DNA of 48,974 nt from Candidatus Eiseniibacteriota bacterium. Lineage in GTDB: Bacteria > ARS69. This document shows positions 17,106 to 26,185 of this stretch, piece by piece. Every line of letters begins with the position of its first letter. Position 1 is the first letter of the stretch. The notes under the pieces were generated by a model. The model was not told where the DNA came from. It did not search any database and was given only the letters and a program-made list of their open reading frames with translations. Location: contig JBQTGV010000019.1 in assembly GCA_052390515.1 (NCBI GenBank), forward strand, positions 1 through 48,974, read 5' to 3'. The translations under genes and the position numbers were made by a program.

Positions 17106-18914
17106 ATGGGCTGTCGGTTCGGCCTGCTCTCGCTCTTCGCCCTCTTCGCCGCCGGCCCCGCGGGCGCAGCTCCTCCCACTTTCTCGACGCCCTTCGGCGG
17201 GAGCCTCAAGGACTTCATCCGCGACGTGCGCGTCGCTCCCGACGGGTCCATCGTCGTGGTCGGCGGAACCGAGTCGACCGACTTTCCGACGACCGCCGGC
17301 GCGTACGACCGCAGTTTCAACGGGACGCACGACGTCATCGTCGTGAAGTTCGACGCGGCCGGCCGGCTGCTCTGGTCGACGCTCTTCGGCGGACCGAACT
17401 ACGACCGCGCGTACGCGGTCGAGGTGGACGCGGCGGGGGACATCGTCGTGGCCGGTCGCGCGGGCGACGGATTCCCCACCACCGCCGGTGTGCTGCAGCC
17501 GCTCTTCGGCGGCGACGTCCTGCCCAGCGGCGAGTACGGCCAGCAGGACGGATTCGTGGCGAAGGTGCGGTCGGACGGCACGGGCTTCGTCTGGTCCACG
17601 TACTTCGGCGGCGACGACACCGCGTTCATCCGCGACGTGGACATCGACGCGGCAGGCAGCGTCTACCTCGTGCAGCCGGGGAACGAGCGCCCGCACCCGC
17701 ACGTCACCGCGGGCGCGTATCAGACCCAGCGAGGCGGCGCGCAGGACTTCGTCGTGGCGAAGCTCGTGCCGAACGCGTCGAGCGTCGTCTGGGCGACGTA
17801 CTTCGGCGGCTCGGCGGACGACGGGCTGGCCCCATCGATCCGTGTGCATTCCTCCGGCGAGGTGTACGTCGGCGCCGGCACCTACTCGAACGACGCGCCC
17901 ACGACTCCCGGCGCGTACGACCGCAGCTACGCGGGCGGCGGCGATCTCATGGTGTGCAAGTTCTCCGCTGACGGGTCGTCGCTGCTCTTCGCCACGTACT
18001 TCGGCGGCTCGGCCTACGACTTCGTGGAGACGCACAACCTGTGGCTGGATGCCGCGGGTGACGCGTATCTCTGCGCCACGACGCGGTCCTCCGACCTGCC
18101 GGCGACGGCCGGCGCGTTCCAGAGGCAATACGGCGGGCACGGTGGGAACGGAACCGGCCAGGGCACGAACTACTCCGGGGACGGGTTCGCGGCGAAGTTC
18201 TCCGCGGATGGATCGGCTCTGCTGGCCGCCACGTACCTGGGCGGGTCCGTGGGCGAAGGGCTGGAGGGCTCCGCGCTGGACGCGTCCGGCAACCTGTGGG
18301 TGGCCGGCGCCACGCACTCCTCGGACTTCCCGGTGACGGCGGACGCGGTGCAGGCGAGGCGCGCGGGCGGCGCCGACTTCTTCGTGGCCTCGCTCTCCGG
18401 CGCGCTGGATGCGCTGGCGTGGTGCACGTTCCTGGGGGGTGCCGGCGACGACTACGGGCGGACGCTGGCGCTGGGAGCCGCCGGCGAGGTCGCCGTCGCG
18501 GGACAGACGCGTTCCGACAACTGGCCGCTGGCCGCCGCGCACCAGTCCATGCGCCAGGGGGACTGGGACGGTGCCGTGGCGCTGCTCATCCCGGGGAGCC
18601 TGCCGCCGGGACCGGAGCCCCATCCGAGTCCCGTGGCCGGCGGCAGCTTCACCGCGCAGCCGAATCCCTTCGCCGGATCGACCGAGATCGTGTTCGCGCT
18701 GGTGACCGACGCGGCGGTCGACGTCGAGATCTACGATCCCACTGGCCGGATCGTCCGCTCGCTCGTGCACGAGTCGTTCTCGACGGGGGATCACGCCCGC
18801 ACGTGGGACGGCATCGACGACGCAGGTGACGCGGTTCCCGCCGGGTTGTACTTTGCCAAGCTCACCGCGGGCGGCGCGGTGCTCACCGAGAAGCTGGTTC
18901 ACCTGGGACGGTAA
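17106..18914 (+). CDS. Secreted SBBP-repeat beta-propeller protein with C-terminal FlgD-Ig-like domain
   Basis: Signal peptide; about 7 repeats of the DFPTTAGAY...WSTYFGG type; tail PNPF...IYDPTGRIVRSL...WDGIDDAG...GLYFAKL. Confidence 0.9.
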   Translation: MGCRFGLLSLFALFAAGPAGAAPPTFSTPFGGSLKDFIRDVRVAPDGSIVVVGGTESTDFPTTAGAYDRSFNGTHDVIVVKFDAAGRLLWSTLFGGPNYDRAYAVEVDAAGDIVVAGRAGDGFPTTAGVLQPLFGGDVLPSGEYGQQDGFVAKVRSDGTGFVWSTYFGGDDTAFIRDVDIDAAGSVYLVQPGNERPHPHVTAGAYQTQRGGAQDFVVAKLVPNASSVVWATYFGGSADDGLAPSIRVHSSGEVYVGAGTYSNDAPTTPGAYDRSYAGGGDLMVCKFSADGSSLLFATYFGGSAYDFVETHNLWLDAAGDAYLCATTRSSDLPATAGAFQRQYGGHGGNGTGQGTNYSGDGFAAKFSADGSALLAATYLGGSVGEGLEGSALDASGNLWVAGATHSSDFPVTADAVQARRAGGADFFVASLSGALDALAWCTFLGGAGDDYGRTLALGAAGEVAVAGQTRSDNWPLAAAHQSMRQGDWDGAVALLIPGSLPPGPEPHPSPVAGGSFTAQPNPFAGSTEIVFALVTDAAVDVEIYDPTGRIVRSLVHESFSTGDHARTWDGIDDAGDAVPAGLYFAKLTAGGAVLTEKLVHLGR

Positions 18915-18923
18915 GGAGACGCG

Positions 18924-20336
18924 GTGCTTCTTCGCCTCGTGTACGACGACCTGCTCGCGCAGGCTGCGTATCTGATCGCCTGTCAGAGGACCGGCGAGGC
19001 CATCGTCATCGATCCGGCGCGGGACGTGGACCGGTATCTCTCCGCCGCCAGGGAGGCTGGCGTGCGCATCGTCGCCGCGGCGGAGACGCACATCCACGCC
19101 GACTTCCTGTCGGGGGCGCGGCAGCTCGCCCAGGATCACGGCGTGAAGCTCTACCTCTCCGACGAGGGCGGTCCGGACTGGAGCTACCGCTGGGTGAGCG
19201 GGTTGAACGCGCAGCTCGTGCGCAACGGCTACCGCATCCGCATCGGCGGCGTGCAGCTCGAGGTCGTGCACACGCCGGGGCACACGCCGGAGCACATCTG
19301 TTTCCTCGTCATGGATCGGGGAGCGGGCGCCGCTGAGCCGATGGGTCTCCTCAGCGGCGATTTCGTGTTCGTCGGCGATCTCGGGCGGCCGGATCTCCTG
19401 GAGACGGCGGCGGGCGTGGCCGCGGCGAAGGAGCCGTCGGCGCGGCGGCTCGCGGACTCGGCGCGCCGCTTCCTGGCTATGCCCGAGTGGCTGCAGGTGT
19501 GGCCGGGGCACGGCGCGGGGAGCTCCTGCGGGAAGGCGCTGGGTGCCGTGCCGCAGACCACCGTGGGCTACGAGCGGCGCTTCAGTCCGGCGCTCGCGCT
19601 GATCGGGGACGACGACGCGTTCGTCCGCTCGATCCTCTCCGGTCAGGGCGAGCCGCCGCTCTACTTCGGTCGCATGAAGCGGCTCAACCGGGACGATCCG
19701 CCGAGGCTCGCGGCGCTGCCGATGCCGAGGGCCATGGACGTTCCTGACCCGAGGCGCGTCGCGGTGCTGGACACTCGCAGCCGCGAGGAGTTCGACGCTG
19801 CGCACCTGCCCGGCTCGTTGACGGCGCCGTTCGGCGCGAACCTGTGCGCAGTGGCCGGCTCGTACGTGAAGCCGGAGGAGCCGGTGCATCTCATCGTGGA
19901 CGACACGCGGCTCGAGCGGGCCGTCCGCGCGCTCGTTCGCATCGGGATCGACAGGATCGAGGGCTGGACCTCGCCGGCTCGCTTCGCGCAGACGCCCGGC
20001 CTCGCCCCGTTCCCGCGCATCAATCCGGACGCGCTCACCGCGCCGCCGGCCGGGACGGTCGTGCTCGACGTGCGCAGCGAGGAGGAGTTCCGCGCGGGGC
20101 ACCTCGACGGCGCCCTGAACATCCCGCACACGCGGCTGCTCGAGCGGCTGGTCCACGTTCCGGTGGGGCGGCCGGTGCTCGTGCACTGTCAGGCCGGGTC
20201 GCGCTCCATCCTCGCCGCAGCGATGCTGCGGCGCGCGGGGTACGACGCGGTGGACGTGGGCGGCGGGATGGCGGCGGCGGCGGGGCAGCCGGTGGTGAGC
20301 GAAGCGGCCAGCTCCGCTACTGCCCGGCGCGCCTGA
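18924..20336 (+). CDS. MBL-fold persulfide dioxygenase-rhodanese fusion (CstB-like)
   Basis: THIHADF, TPGHTPEH, DLGRPDL, WPGHGAGSSCGK; two rhodanese-like domains, the last with HCQAGSRS. Confidence 0.9.
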   Translation: MLLRLVYDDLLAQAAYLIACQRTGEAIVIDPARDVDRYLSAAREAGVRIVAAAETHIHADFLSGARQLAQDHGVKLYLSDEGGPDWSYRWVSGLNAQLVRNGYRIRIGGVQLEVVHTPGHTPEHICFLVMDRGAGAAEPMGLLSGDFVFVGDLGRPDLLETAAGVAAAKEPSARRLADSARRFLAMPEWLQVWPGHGAGSSCGKALGAVPQTTVGYERRFSPALALIGDDDAFVRSILSGQGEPPLYFGRMKRLNRDDPPRLAALPMPRAMDVPDPRRVAVLDTRSREEFDAAHLPGSLTAPFGANLCAVAGSYVKPEEPVHLIVDDTRLERAVRALVRIGIDRIEGWTSPARFAQTPGLAPFPRINPDALTAPPAGTVVLDVRSEEEFRAGHLDGALNIPHTRLLERLVHVPVGRPVLVHCQAGSRSILAAAMLRRAGYDAVDVGGGMAAAAGQPVVSEAASSATARRA

Positions 20337-20348
20337 CGGCCGAACCGA

Positions 20349-20984
20349 TCACTGCCCCGGGGGCGGGCCGGAGCCCGCGGCGAGCTGCGCCCCGATCGCA
20401 TCGGCGCGCTGCACCAGGGCCGGCGTCTGCGGATCGATCACGGCCATCTTCGCGATCATCCGATCCCGGAGCGCCCCCATCTTCTCCTGCACGTCCGCGC
20501 GCTGCATGGTGTCCTGCTGCACCTTCTGCAGGCGACCCTGGAGCGTAGTGCCCTCCTGGAGCAGCGCCTGGAACTTCGCTTCGTCGCCTGCCTGCTGGGC
20601 GGCGGACATCTCGTCACGGATGGCATCCAGACGGCTGCGGTGCTGCGCGAGCTGCGGCTCCGAGGCGGTCATGCCCTGCTCGATGACTGCGTCGAGCGCG
20701 GCGTACTCGCGCTGCAGGGTCGTGTCCTGCATCGCCTGCTGCTGGATGCCGCCGAGCCGCTGCTGCAGCGACATGAACTCCTGCTGAAGACCTCCCGGGG
20801 TCGTGGGCAGGGGAGCGTCGAGCGAGACGGGGAGCGTGGGCTGCTCACCCGTACCGGGCACGGGGAGCGCCGCCTGATCGCCGCCGCCCGGGGCGCTCTC
20901 CTGCGGCGCCTTCGAGCAGGCGGTGAGCGAGACGAGGGCGAAGGTGGCGACGGACGCGGCAATGAGCCGTGGGGTGGCACGCAT
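20349..20984 (-). CDS. Gln-rich helical lipoprotein, unknown function
   Basis: Lipobox LTAC; helical Q/E-rich body; start ATG 20984. Confidence 0.8.
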   Translation of the reverse strand: MRATPRLIAASVATFALVSLTACSKAPQESAPGGGDQAALPVPGTGEQPTLPVSLDAPLPTTPGGLQQEFMSLQQRLGGIQQQAMQDTTLQREYAALDAVIEQGMTASEPQLAQHRSRLDAIRDEMSAAQQAGDEAKFQALLQEGTTLQGRLQKVQQDTMQRADVQEKMGALRDRMIAKMAVIDPQTPALVQRADAIGAQLAAGSGPPPGQ

Positions 20985-21310
20985 GACAACTCTCCGGGTT
21001 CGTGGCGCGGGCTCGAAGCGCGTGGATCCCCAGCGGGGCTGCCCGCCCGAAGCCCGGAAGGAATCGTCGTCGGCGGAAGCTACCACGGACTGGGTCACCG
21101 GGCGAGGAGGCGGCGGGATGGCGGCGTGGGCGGGGGTACGGCAGCGCGCGGCTCAGTCACCGGCCGAACGGAAGCGCCTGAAGCCGGGATCGCCACTACC
21201 TGGGCCGACAAGATCAGCTCAACAAACATCGATCATCCCGCCGGTGGATGAAACCCGAAACGTGTACGCAGACAAGTGACTCCCTCGCCGCCCCTGCCAT
21301 CCGCGGAACC

Positions 21311-21772
21311 TCACGCCTCGTCGTACGCCTTCTCCAGCGCCGTCACGTCGAGCTTCACCATCGTCAACATCGCGTCGATCACGGCCTTCACCTTCTTGGG
21401 GTTCCTGTCGGCGATCAGCTCCATGAAACGTCGGGGGACGATCTGCCAGGCAAGGCCGAATGGATCCGTGATCCAGCCGCACTGCGTCGGTTTCGCCCCG
21501 GCGGCGAGGAGCTTGTTCCAGTAGAGGTCCACCTCGGCCTGGTCCTCGCAATCGACGAAGAGCGAGAAGCCCTCGGAGAAGCGGAAGTGCGGGCCCCCGT
21601 TGTAGCCCATGAAGCGCTGGCCGCCGACGACGAACTCGGCGGAGGTGACCGGGCCGTCCTTCCCGGTTCGGGCCGTGCTCCGGATCTCGGAGCCGGGGAA
21701 GGTGGCGGTGTAGAACTCCATGGCCGCTTCGAGCTGATCGTTGAACATCAGGAATGGGGTGACCTTGTTCAC
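21311..21772 (-). CDS. VOC/PhnB-like (3-demethylubiquinone-9 3-MT family) protein
   Basis: KVTPFLMF, NGGPHF, CEDQAEVD, CGWITDPFGLAWQIVP; GTG start 21772. Confidence 0.92.
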   Translation of the reverse strand: MNKVTPFLMFNDQLEAAMEFYTATFPGSEIRSTARTGKDGPVTSAEFVVGGQRFMGYNGGPHFRFSEGFSLFVDCEDQAEVDLYWNKLLAAGAKPTQCGWITDPFGLAWQIVPRRFMELIADRNPKKVKAVIDAMLTMVKLDVTALEKAYDEA

Positions 21773-21945
21773 TGGAGCTCCGTCTGTTGGAGTGACCGCG
21801 TCCCTGACTGCGCGAGACGCCGGTGACCTCGCTGGGTGCCCGAACCAAGAGTCCAGCCGGTCCGGCCCCGAACACTTCACGGGTGGCGACGGTCAGTATA
21901 GCGACCGTTCCGCGTCAGCCGCCACGCAGCACAGGAAGTGTGCGG

Positions 21946-22614
21946 CTACTCGGGTGGGACGGGGTGAGCCGCACTCGAGACTCGCCTGGGCCGGCGGACG
22001 GCCCTCACCTTCGCGCTTCCTCCTCCGCCGGCGAAGAACAGGTCGCCACCGTCGGACTCGAGCCCCGAGACACCCACGCCGGGGGGCATCTCGAGTCTCT
22101 CGAGAACGTCTCCTGTTCGAGGATCCACCCGCCTCACATCGCTCTCGTCACCTTCCCAGGTGCCGTGCCAGAGCTCTCCGTCCACCCAGGTGACCCCGGT
22201 GACGAAGCGGTTGGACTCGATCGTGCGAAGGACGGCCCCCGTCTCGGGATCGATCTGATGAATCTTGCGCGCTCGATAGTGACCTACCCAGAGCGTCCCC
22301 TCGGCCCACGTGAGCCCCGAGTCACCGCCGCCGCCGGGCGCCGGGATCGTGGCGAGCACACGGCCCGTCTTCGGATCGATCTTCTGGATGCGGTCTTCGG
22401 CGAGCTGAAACAGGTGCTCTCCGTCGAATGCTGTTCCCGCGTGAGCGGCGACCTCGATCGAGCGCAGCATCTTCCCACTCACGGGACTGAACGCGATCAG
22501 CTTGTCTCCGGCAGCGAACCAGACGTTCCGGCCATCGTACGTCACCCCATGCACGTGCTCGGCGCCCGGAAAGGGACCATACTCGCGAACGATCTCGGCT
22601 GCTGCTCGTCGCAT
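21946..22614 (-). CDS. Cytoplasmic beta-propeller protein (glutamine-cyclotransferase-like family)
   Basis: Repeated GVTYDG/GTAFDG/GLTWAEG/GVTWVDG/GLESDG blades; no signal peptide. Confidence 0.8.
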   Translation of the reverse strand: MRRAAAEIVREYGPFPGAEHVHGVTYDGRNVWFAAGDKLIAFSPVSGKMLRSIEVAAHAGTAFDGEHLFQLAEDRIQKIDPKTGRVLATIPAPGGGGDSGLTWAEGTLWVGHYRARKIHQIDPETGAVLRTIESNRFVTGVTWVDGELWHGTWEGDESDVRRVDPRTGDVLERLEMPPGVGVSGLESDGGDLFFAGGGGSAKVRAVRRPRRVSSAAHPVPPE

Positions 22615-22623
22615 ACGTGCAGC

Positions 22624-23844
22624 CTAGTCGATCGGCAGGGGAGCGGGGAGCAACAAAGTCGTCGTGAATCCGGGCAGAGGCGGCGTCGTCCAGCGGCGAG
22701 CGCGTGCGCGACCGAACGACCGCACCTTGCCGGAGCCGGCCAGCGAGTCGAGCGCCCGCTGCGCGGTACGCTGGCTCGTGCCGAGCGCGAGAGCAAGGGC
22801 CGAGCTCGACCACGCTTCGCCGTCGGCGAGCAGGGCGAGCACCGCCGCATCGTCCCCTTCCACCGGCGGCGCCAGCACGACGACGGTGCGCGCCCGACGC
22901 GGCGCCAGGGCGAACCCCCGCTGCGTAGCGCTCACGCCGGCCAGCGCCCGCAGCACTCTACGAAGCCGTCCGGCCTCGACGCGTAGGCGCGCCCGATGCG
23001 ACTCATCGGCGCGCTTCGCCCCGAAGGCACGCGCGACGAGCGTGTCCCTGGGTACGTCTCCCGGCCACGCTTCACCCAGCGCTCGGGCCAGCGCGAACAG
23101 CACCGGACGCCTGGCCATCGAGACGGCCGTGCCTCCGGCCTGCACGACGCGGCGGCAGCCGTCCACGACCAGCGCCTTCGAAGCCAGCACGGCCTCCACC
23201 TCCTCGAGCAGGAGGAGCCGCTCTTCACCGGCGGCCATCTGCCGCGCGGCGGGCAGGCTCAGGGCGAGGCCCGCGCCCACGACCTCGGCTGTCAGTGCGG
23301 GGATGCGTGCGTGCCGTGCGGCCCGCTCGGCCCGAGCGAGCGCCGCGCGCGCCGACTTCGTCTGCAGGCGCCGCATCGATATCCCTGCCACCACGAGCTC
23401 GTGGACGGCCCTCGATGCGGGAGGCAATGACGCGGGGGCGAGCCCGACCAGCATGCGCTCGGCCGCCTCGATGCGCCCGATCAGCTGGAGGCGCCTGATC
23501 TCGATATAGCGCGCGTGTGCCGCGTTGACGTGGTCGCCGTGCGCTTCGAGCGTCACACGCGCCGCGTCGAGCGCCTTGGCAGGCCAGCCCAGATCACGCG
23601 AGGCCAGCGCGACCTCGGCCTCCGCAACCACGCACCTCGCGCGGGCGATCGCCTCCTTCGGGCCGAAGGCACGCGCCGCCCGCAACAGCAGGGTCCTGGC
23701 TCGAGCAAAGTCGCCGAGCTGCGCCATGGCGATCCCCCGAAGCGCGAGCGCGGGCGCGTCTTCGCGCAAGGCCACGCGCTTCAAGGCACCGAGCGGATCG
23801 CCCGCCGCCAGTGCCCGCGCCGCGGCGTTGATCAGCGAGTCCAT
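22624..23844 (-). CDS. Helical-repeat plus HTH putative transcriptional regulator
   Basis: MDSLINAAARALAAGDPLGALKRVALR N-terminus; C-terminal RLRVEAGRLR and WSSSALALALGTSQRTAQRAL HTH-like motifs. Confidence 0.8.
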   Translation of the reverse strand: MDSLINAAARALAAGDPLGALKRVALREDAPALALRGIAMAQLGDFARARTLLLRAARAFGPKEAIARARCVVAEAEVALASRDLGWPAKALDAARVTLEAHGDHVNAAHARYIEIRRLQLIGRIEAAERMLVGLAPASLPPASRAVHELVVAGISMRRLQTKSARAALARAERAARHARIPALTAEVVGAGLALSLPAARQMAAGEERLLLLEEVEAVLASKALVVDGCRRVVQAGGTAVSMARRPVLFALARALGEAWPGDVPRDTLVARAFGAKRADESHRARLRVEAGRLRRVLRALAGVSATQRGFALAPRRARTVVVLAPPVEGDDAAVLALLADGEAWSSSALALALGTSQRTAQRALDSLAGSGKVRSFGRARARRWTTPPLPGFTTTLLLPAPLPID

Positions 23845-23853
23845 GGGAATCCC

Positions 23854-23869
23854 GTCACACTTGTCACTC
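23854..23869. promoter_or_regulatory. GTCAC direct repeat in divergent spacer, candidate operator
   Basis: GTCACAC-TT-GTCACTC just upstream of the HTH gene start. Confidence 0.45.
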
Positions 23870-23971
23870 CCTGGCAGTCACGAACCGGGCATAGCTTATC
23901 CCATGACAGCACGAGCCAACTGGCGACGTGAGACGTCGAGGCAGGACCAGCAGGAACAGGAGGGACCGGAC

Positions 23972-24412
23972 ATGGTGGACATTCTGCACAGAGTCGGAAT
24001 CAAGGCTTCCCTGGACAGCACCTACAGGGCGCTGGCCACGCGCGAGGGGCTCGCCGGCTGGTGGACGACCAACACGCAAGGGGAGAGCAAGGTCGGCGGA
24101 GTCCTGCAGTTCCGCTTCGGGGCCGGCGGATTCGACATGAAGGTGCTCGAGCTCGATCCCTCGGGGCGCGTGCTCTGGCAAGTAGTCGAAGGCCCGAAGG
24201 AGTGGATCGGAACCAAGGTGAGCTTCGACCTCCGGAAGGATGGCGACGTTACCACCATTCTCTTCAAGCACCAGGGCTGGAAGGAACCGGTGGAGTTCAT
24301 GCACCACTGCAGCACCAAGTGGGCGATCTTCCTGATGAGCTTGAAGCAGCTGGTGGAGACGGGGACGGGCGCGCCGGACCCGAACGACGTGAAGATCGAC
24401 AACTGGAACTGA
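23972..24412 (+). CDS. SRPBCC/AHA1-family protein
   Basis: DILHRVGIK...GLAGWWT...EWIGT...CSTKWAIFLMSLK; AGGAGG SD. Confidence 0.92.
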   Translation: MVDILHRVGIKASLDSTYRALATREGLAGWWTTNTQGESKVGGVLQFRFGAGGFDMKVLELDPSGRVLWQVVEGPKEWIGTKVSFDLRKDGDVTTILFKHQGWKEPVEFMHHCSTKWAIFLMSLKQLVETGTGAPDPNDVKIDNWN

Positions 24413-24420
24413 GGCATGGG

Positions 24421-24478
24421 GATGCATGCCGGCGCTCAGCGGCCGGCGGAGCCGGTCCGCTGCAGCGCCGTGTCAGCC
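24421..24478 (-). other. Degenerate integron attC-like site
   Basis: Minus strand GGCTGAC-ACGGC-GCTGCAGCGG...CCGCTGAGC-GCCGGC; L boxes pair; R'' is GAC instead of AAC; R' GTT is absent. Confidence 0.55.
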
Positions 24479-24629
24479 GGCCGTGCTTCCGTTCCGCGTC
24501 TTGCCAGCCGCGCGCCAGCAGAGTGAGCTCGTGCACCGCTTGCTCGCCCGCCAGGACCGGTTGGCAGTCGATCGTTCGGGTCACGCCGTCGTCGAACTCG
24601 ACTCGAATGGTGTGCTCCCCGTCTACCTC
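24479..24629 (-). pseudogene. Internally deleted DUF2442-like gene remnant
   Basis: EVDGEHTIRVEFDDGVTRTIDCQPVLAGE resembles a DUF2442 N-terminus, joined directly to ELTLLARGW; no start codon. Confidence 0.55.
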
Positions 24630-26185
24630 GTCCTCGGGCGCAGCAGCACGTACTCCCCGTGACTGAGTTCCGGGTCGAACGCCTCCGCCAGGTACTCGTC
24701 CAGCACTGTCGCGCCGAGGTCGGGGAGCGCGCGCTGGCGCTGGCGCTTGATGCGGTCGAGCGTCGCGTCCGGCCAGCCGAAGCGCCAGAGCACGACGCGC
24801 TGCACGCGCTGCTCCTCGATGGCCCGCACGATCTCGCGCTGCGGGTCCGGCGCGTCGGCGATTCCCGGATGCAGCTCGTAGTACCGCGAGCAGCCGCGCC
24901 GCCCGGTCAGGTAGTAGAAGCGCAGGTCCCCGATGACGACCGCGTCGTGCCGCGCGACGCCGGCGTAGATCGGCTCCTCCCGCGGAACCTCGGCGCGGAT
25001 CCGCTCGACGATCGGGCCGTACACCTCCGCGTCCGCGCGCGACACCCGAATGCCCCGCGCGGCGGGAAAGTCCAGCGTCCGGCTCTTGCGGAACTGAGAC
25101 GCCGCCAGCGCGAGGCTCATGGCCGGCGAAGTCCAGAGGCCGGCGGCGTAGATGCCGACGACGGCGGCAAGCGCGGCCCGCCCCGCGCGCGACGCATCCC
25201 GCCAGAGGAGGGCGGCGATCAAGAGCGAGAAGGCCGCCATCGAGAACACGTGCGTGTTGCGCTGCACGTGCGCGGCCATCCAGAAGAACGGGATCGGCGC
25301 GGCGAAGAGCAGCGTGACGCGCGCCCGTTCGGGGTCGCGCCGCCGGCGCAGGAGCGCGAACCCCGCGCCGCCCAGTACGGCGAGATCCGGCAGGTGCGCC
25401 ATGATCCAGGTACTCGCCTCGCCGAGGGCCTGCTTGCCGACGCGAAGGTCGGCCGGCGCCGCGAGCCACTGCCCCGCCGCCGGCAGGAAGTCGGGCAGGA
25501 ACGGCGGATACCGCTCGCCGAAGACCTGGGCGAAGACCGTGGCGGGGAAGACGAAGAGGCAGTCGGCGGCGTAGGCGCCGGCGGACAGGGCGATGACCGC
25601 CGCGACCGGCACGACCGGGACTGCCGCACCCAGCGCAAGGCGTGTCACCGCCCGCACGCGGCCGCCGCCCGCCGGAGAGACGATCGTCGCGATGGCGAAC
25701 GCCGCGGCCATGTACGCCGCCACGTCGTGCTTGAACCACGCGGCGATTCCGCAGAGCACGCCGGCCGCCACCCACCTCCGGTCCAGCGCCCGCCCCGTGG
25801 CCAGCAGCAGGAGCAGGAGCGCCGGCGGATAGCTGTCCAGCTCCGGCGCGGTGTCCCAGAGCATTCCGACGAACACGGCGGTCAGCGCTGCGGCAAAGCG
25901 CGGGGGCGTCTCCACCCGACGCAGCAATCGGAAGAACACCGCGGCCGACAGTGCCCGGAGCACGACCACAGCCACGGCCTGCACCAGTACGGCATCGCCG
26001 AACGCCCGGAACAGAAGGGCGACGAGCCAGAACGAGCCGGGCGCGTACATCGTCCAGAAGTCGCGGTAGAGTGTGCCGCCGTCGAGGATGACTCCGGCGC
26101 CGACGATGAACTTGCCGAAGGGGAGTCCCCAGAGCGCGCCCGGCAGCAGCGCGAGCAAGGCGAAGACGAAGACGCGGAGCGTCAC
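24623..26185 (-). CDS. Polytopic membrane protein, GT-C-like
   Basis: Many TM segments, LYRDFWTMYAPGS luminal motif, soluble C-terminal domain; GTGA-coupled start. Confidence 0.75.
   Translation of the reverse strand: MTLRVFVFALLALLPGALWGLPFGKFIVGAGVILDGGTLYRDFWTMYAPGSFWLVALLFRAFGDAVLVQAVAVVVLRALSAAVFFRLLRRVETPPRFAAALTAVFVGMLWDTAPELDSYPPALLLLLLATGRALDRRWVAAGVLCGIAAWFKHDVAAYMAAAFAIATIVSPAGGGRVRAVTRLALGAAVPVVPVAAVIALSAGAYAADCLFVFPATVFAQVFGERYPPFLPDFLPAAGQWLAAPADLRVGKQALGEASTWIMAHLPDLAVLGGAGFALLRRRRDPERARVTLLFAAPIPFFWMAAHVQRNTHVFSMAAFSLLIAALLWRDASRAGRAALAAVVGIYAAGLWTSPAMSLALAASQFRKSRTLDFPAARGIRVSRADAEVYGPIVERIRAEVPREEPIYAGVARHDAVVIGDLRFYYLTGRRGCSRYYELHPGIADAPDPQREIVRAIEEQRVQRVVLWRFGWPDATLDRIKRQRQRALPDLGATVLDEYLAEAFDPELSHGEYVLLRPRTR

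Noticed and set aside
15717-18914. 1065-aa ORF
   Set aside because: The first ~460 aa are mostly antisense to real genes; the signal peptide starts at 17106
21190-21290. Lower-GC patch ending ...WADKISSTNIDHPAGG*
   Set aside because: Possibly a gene remnant, but no family could be recognised
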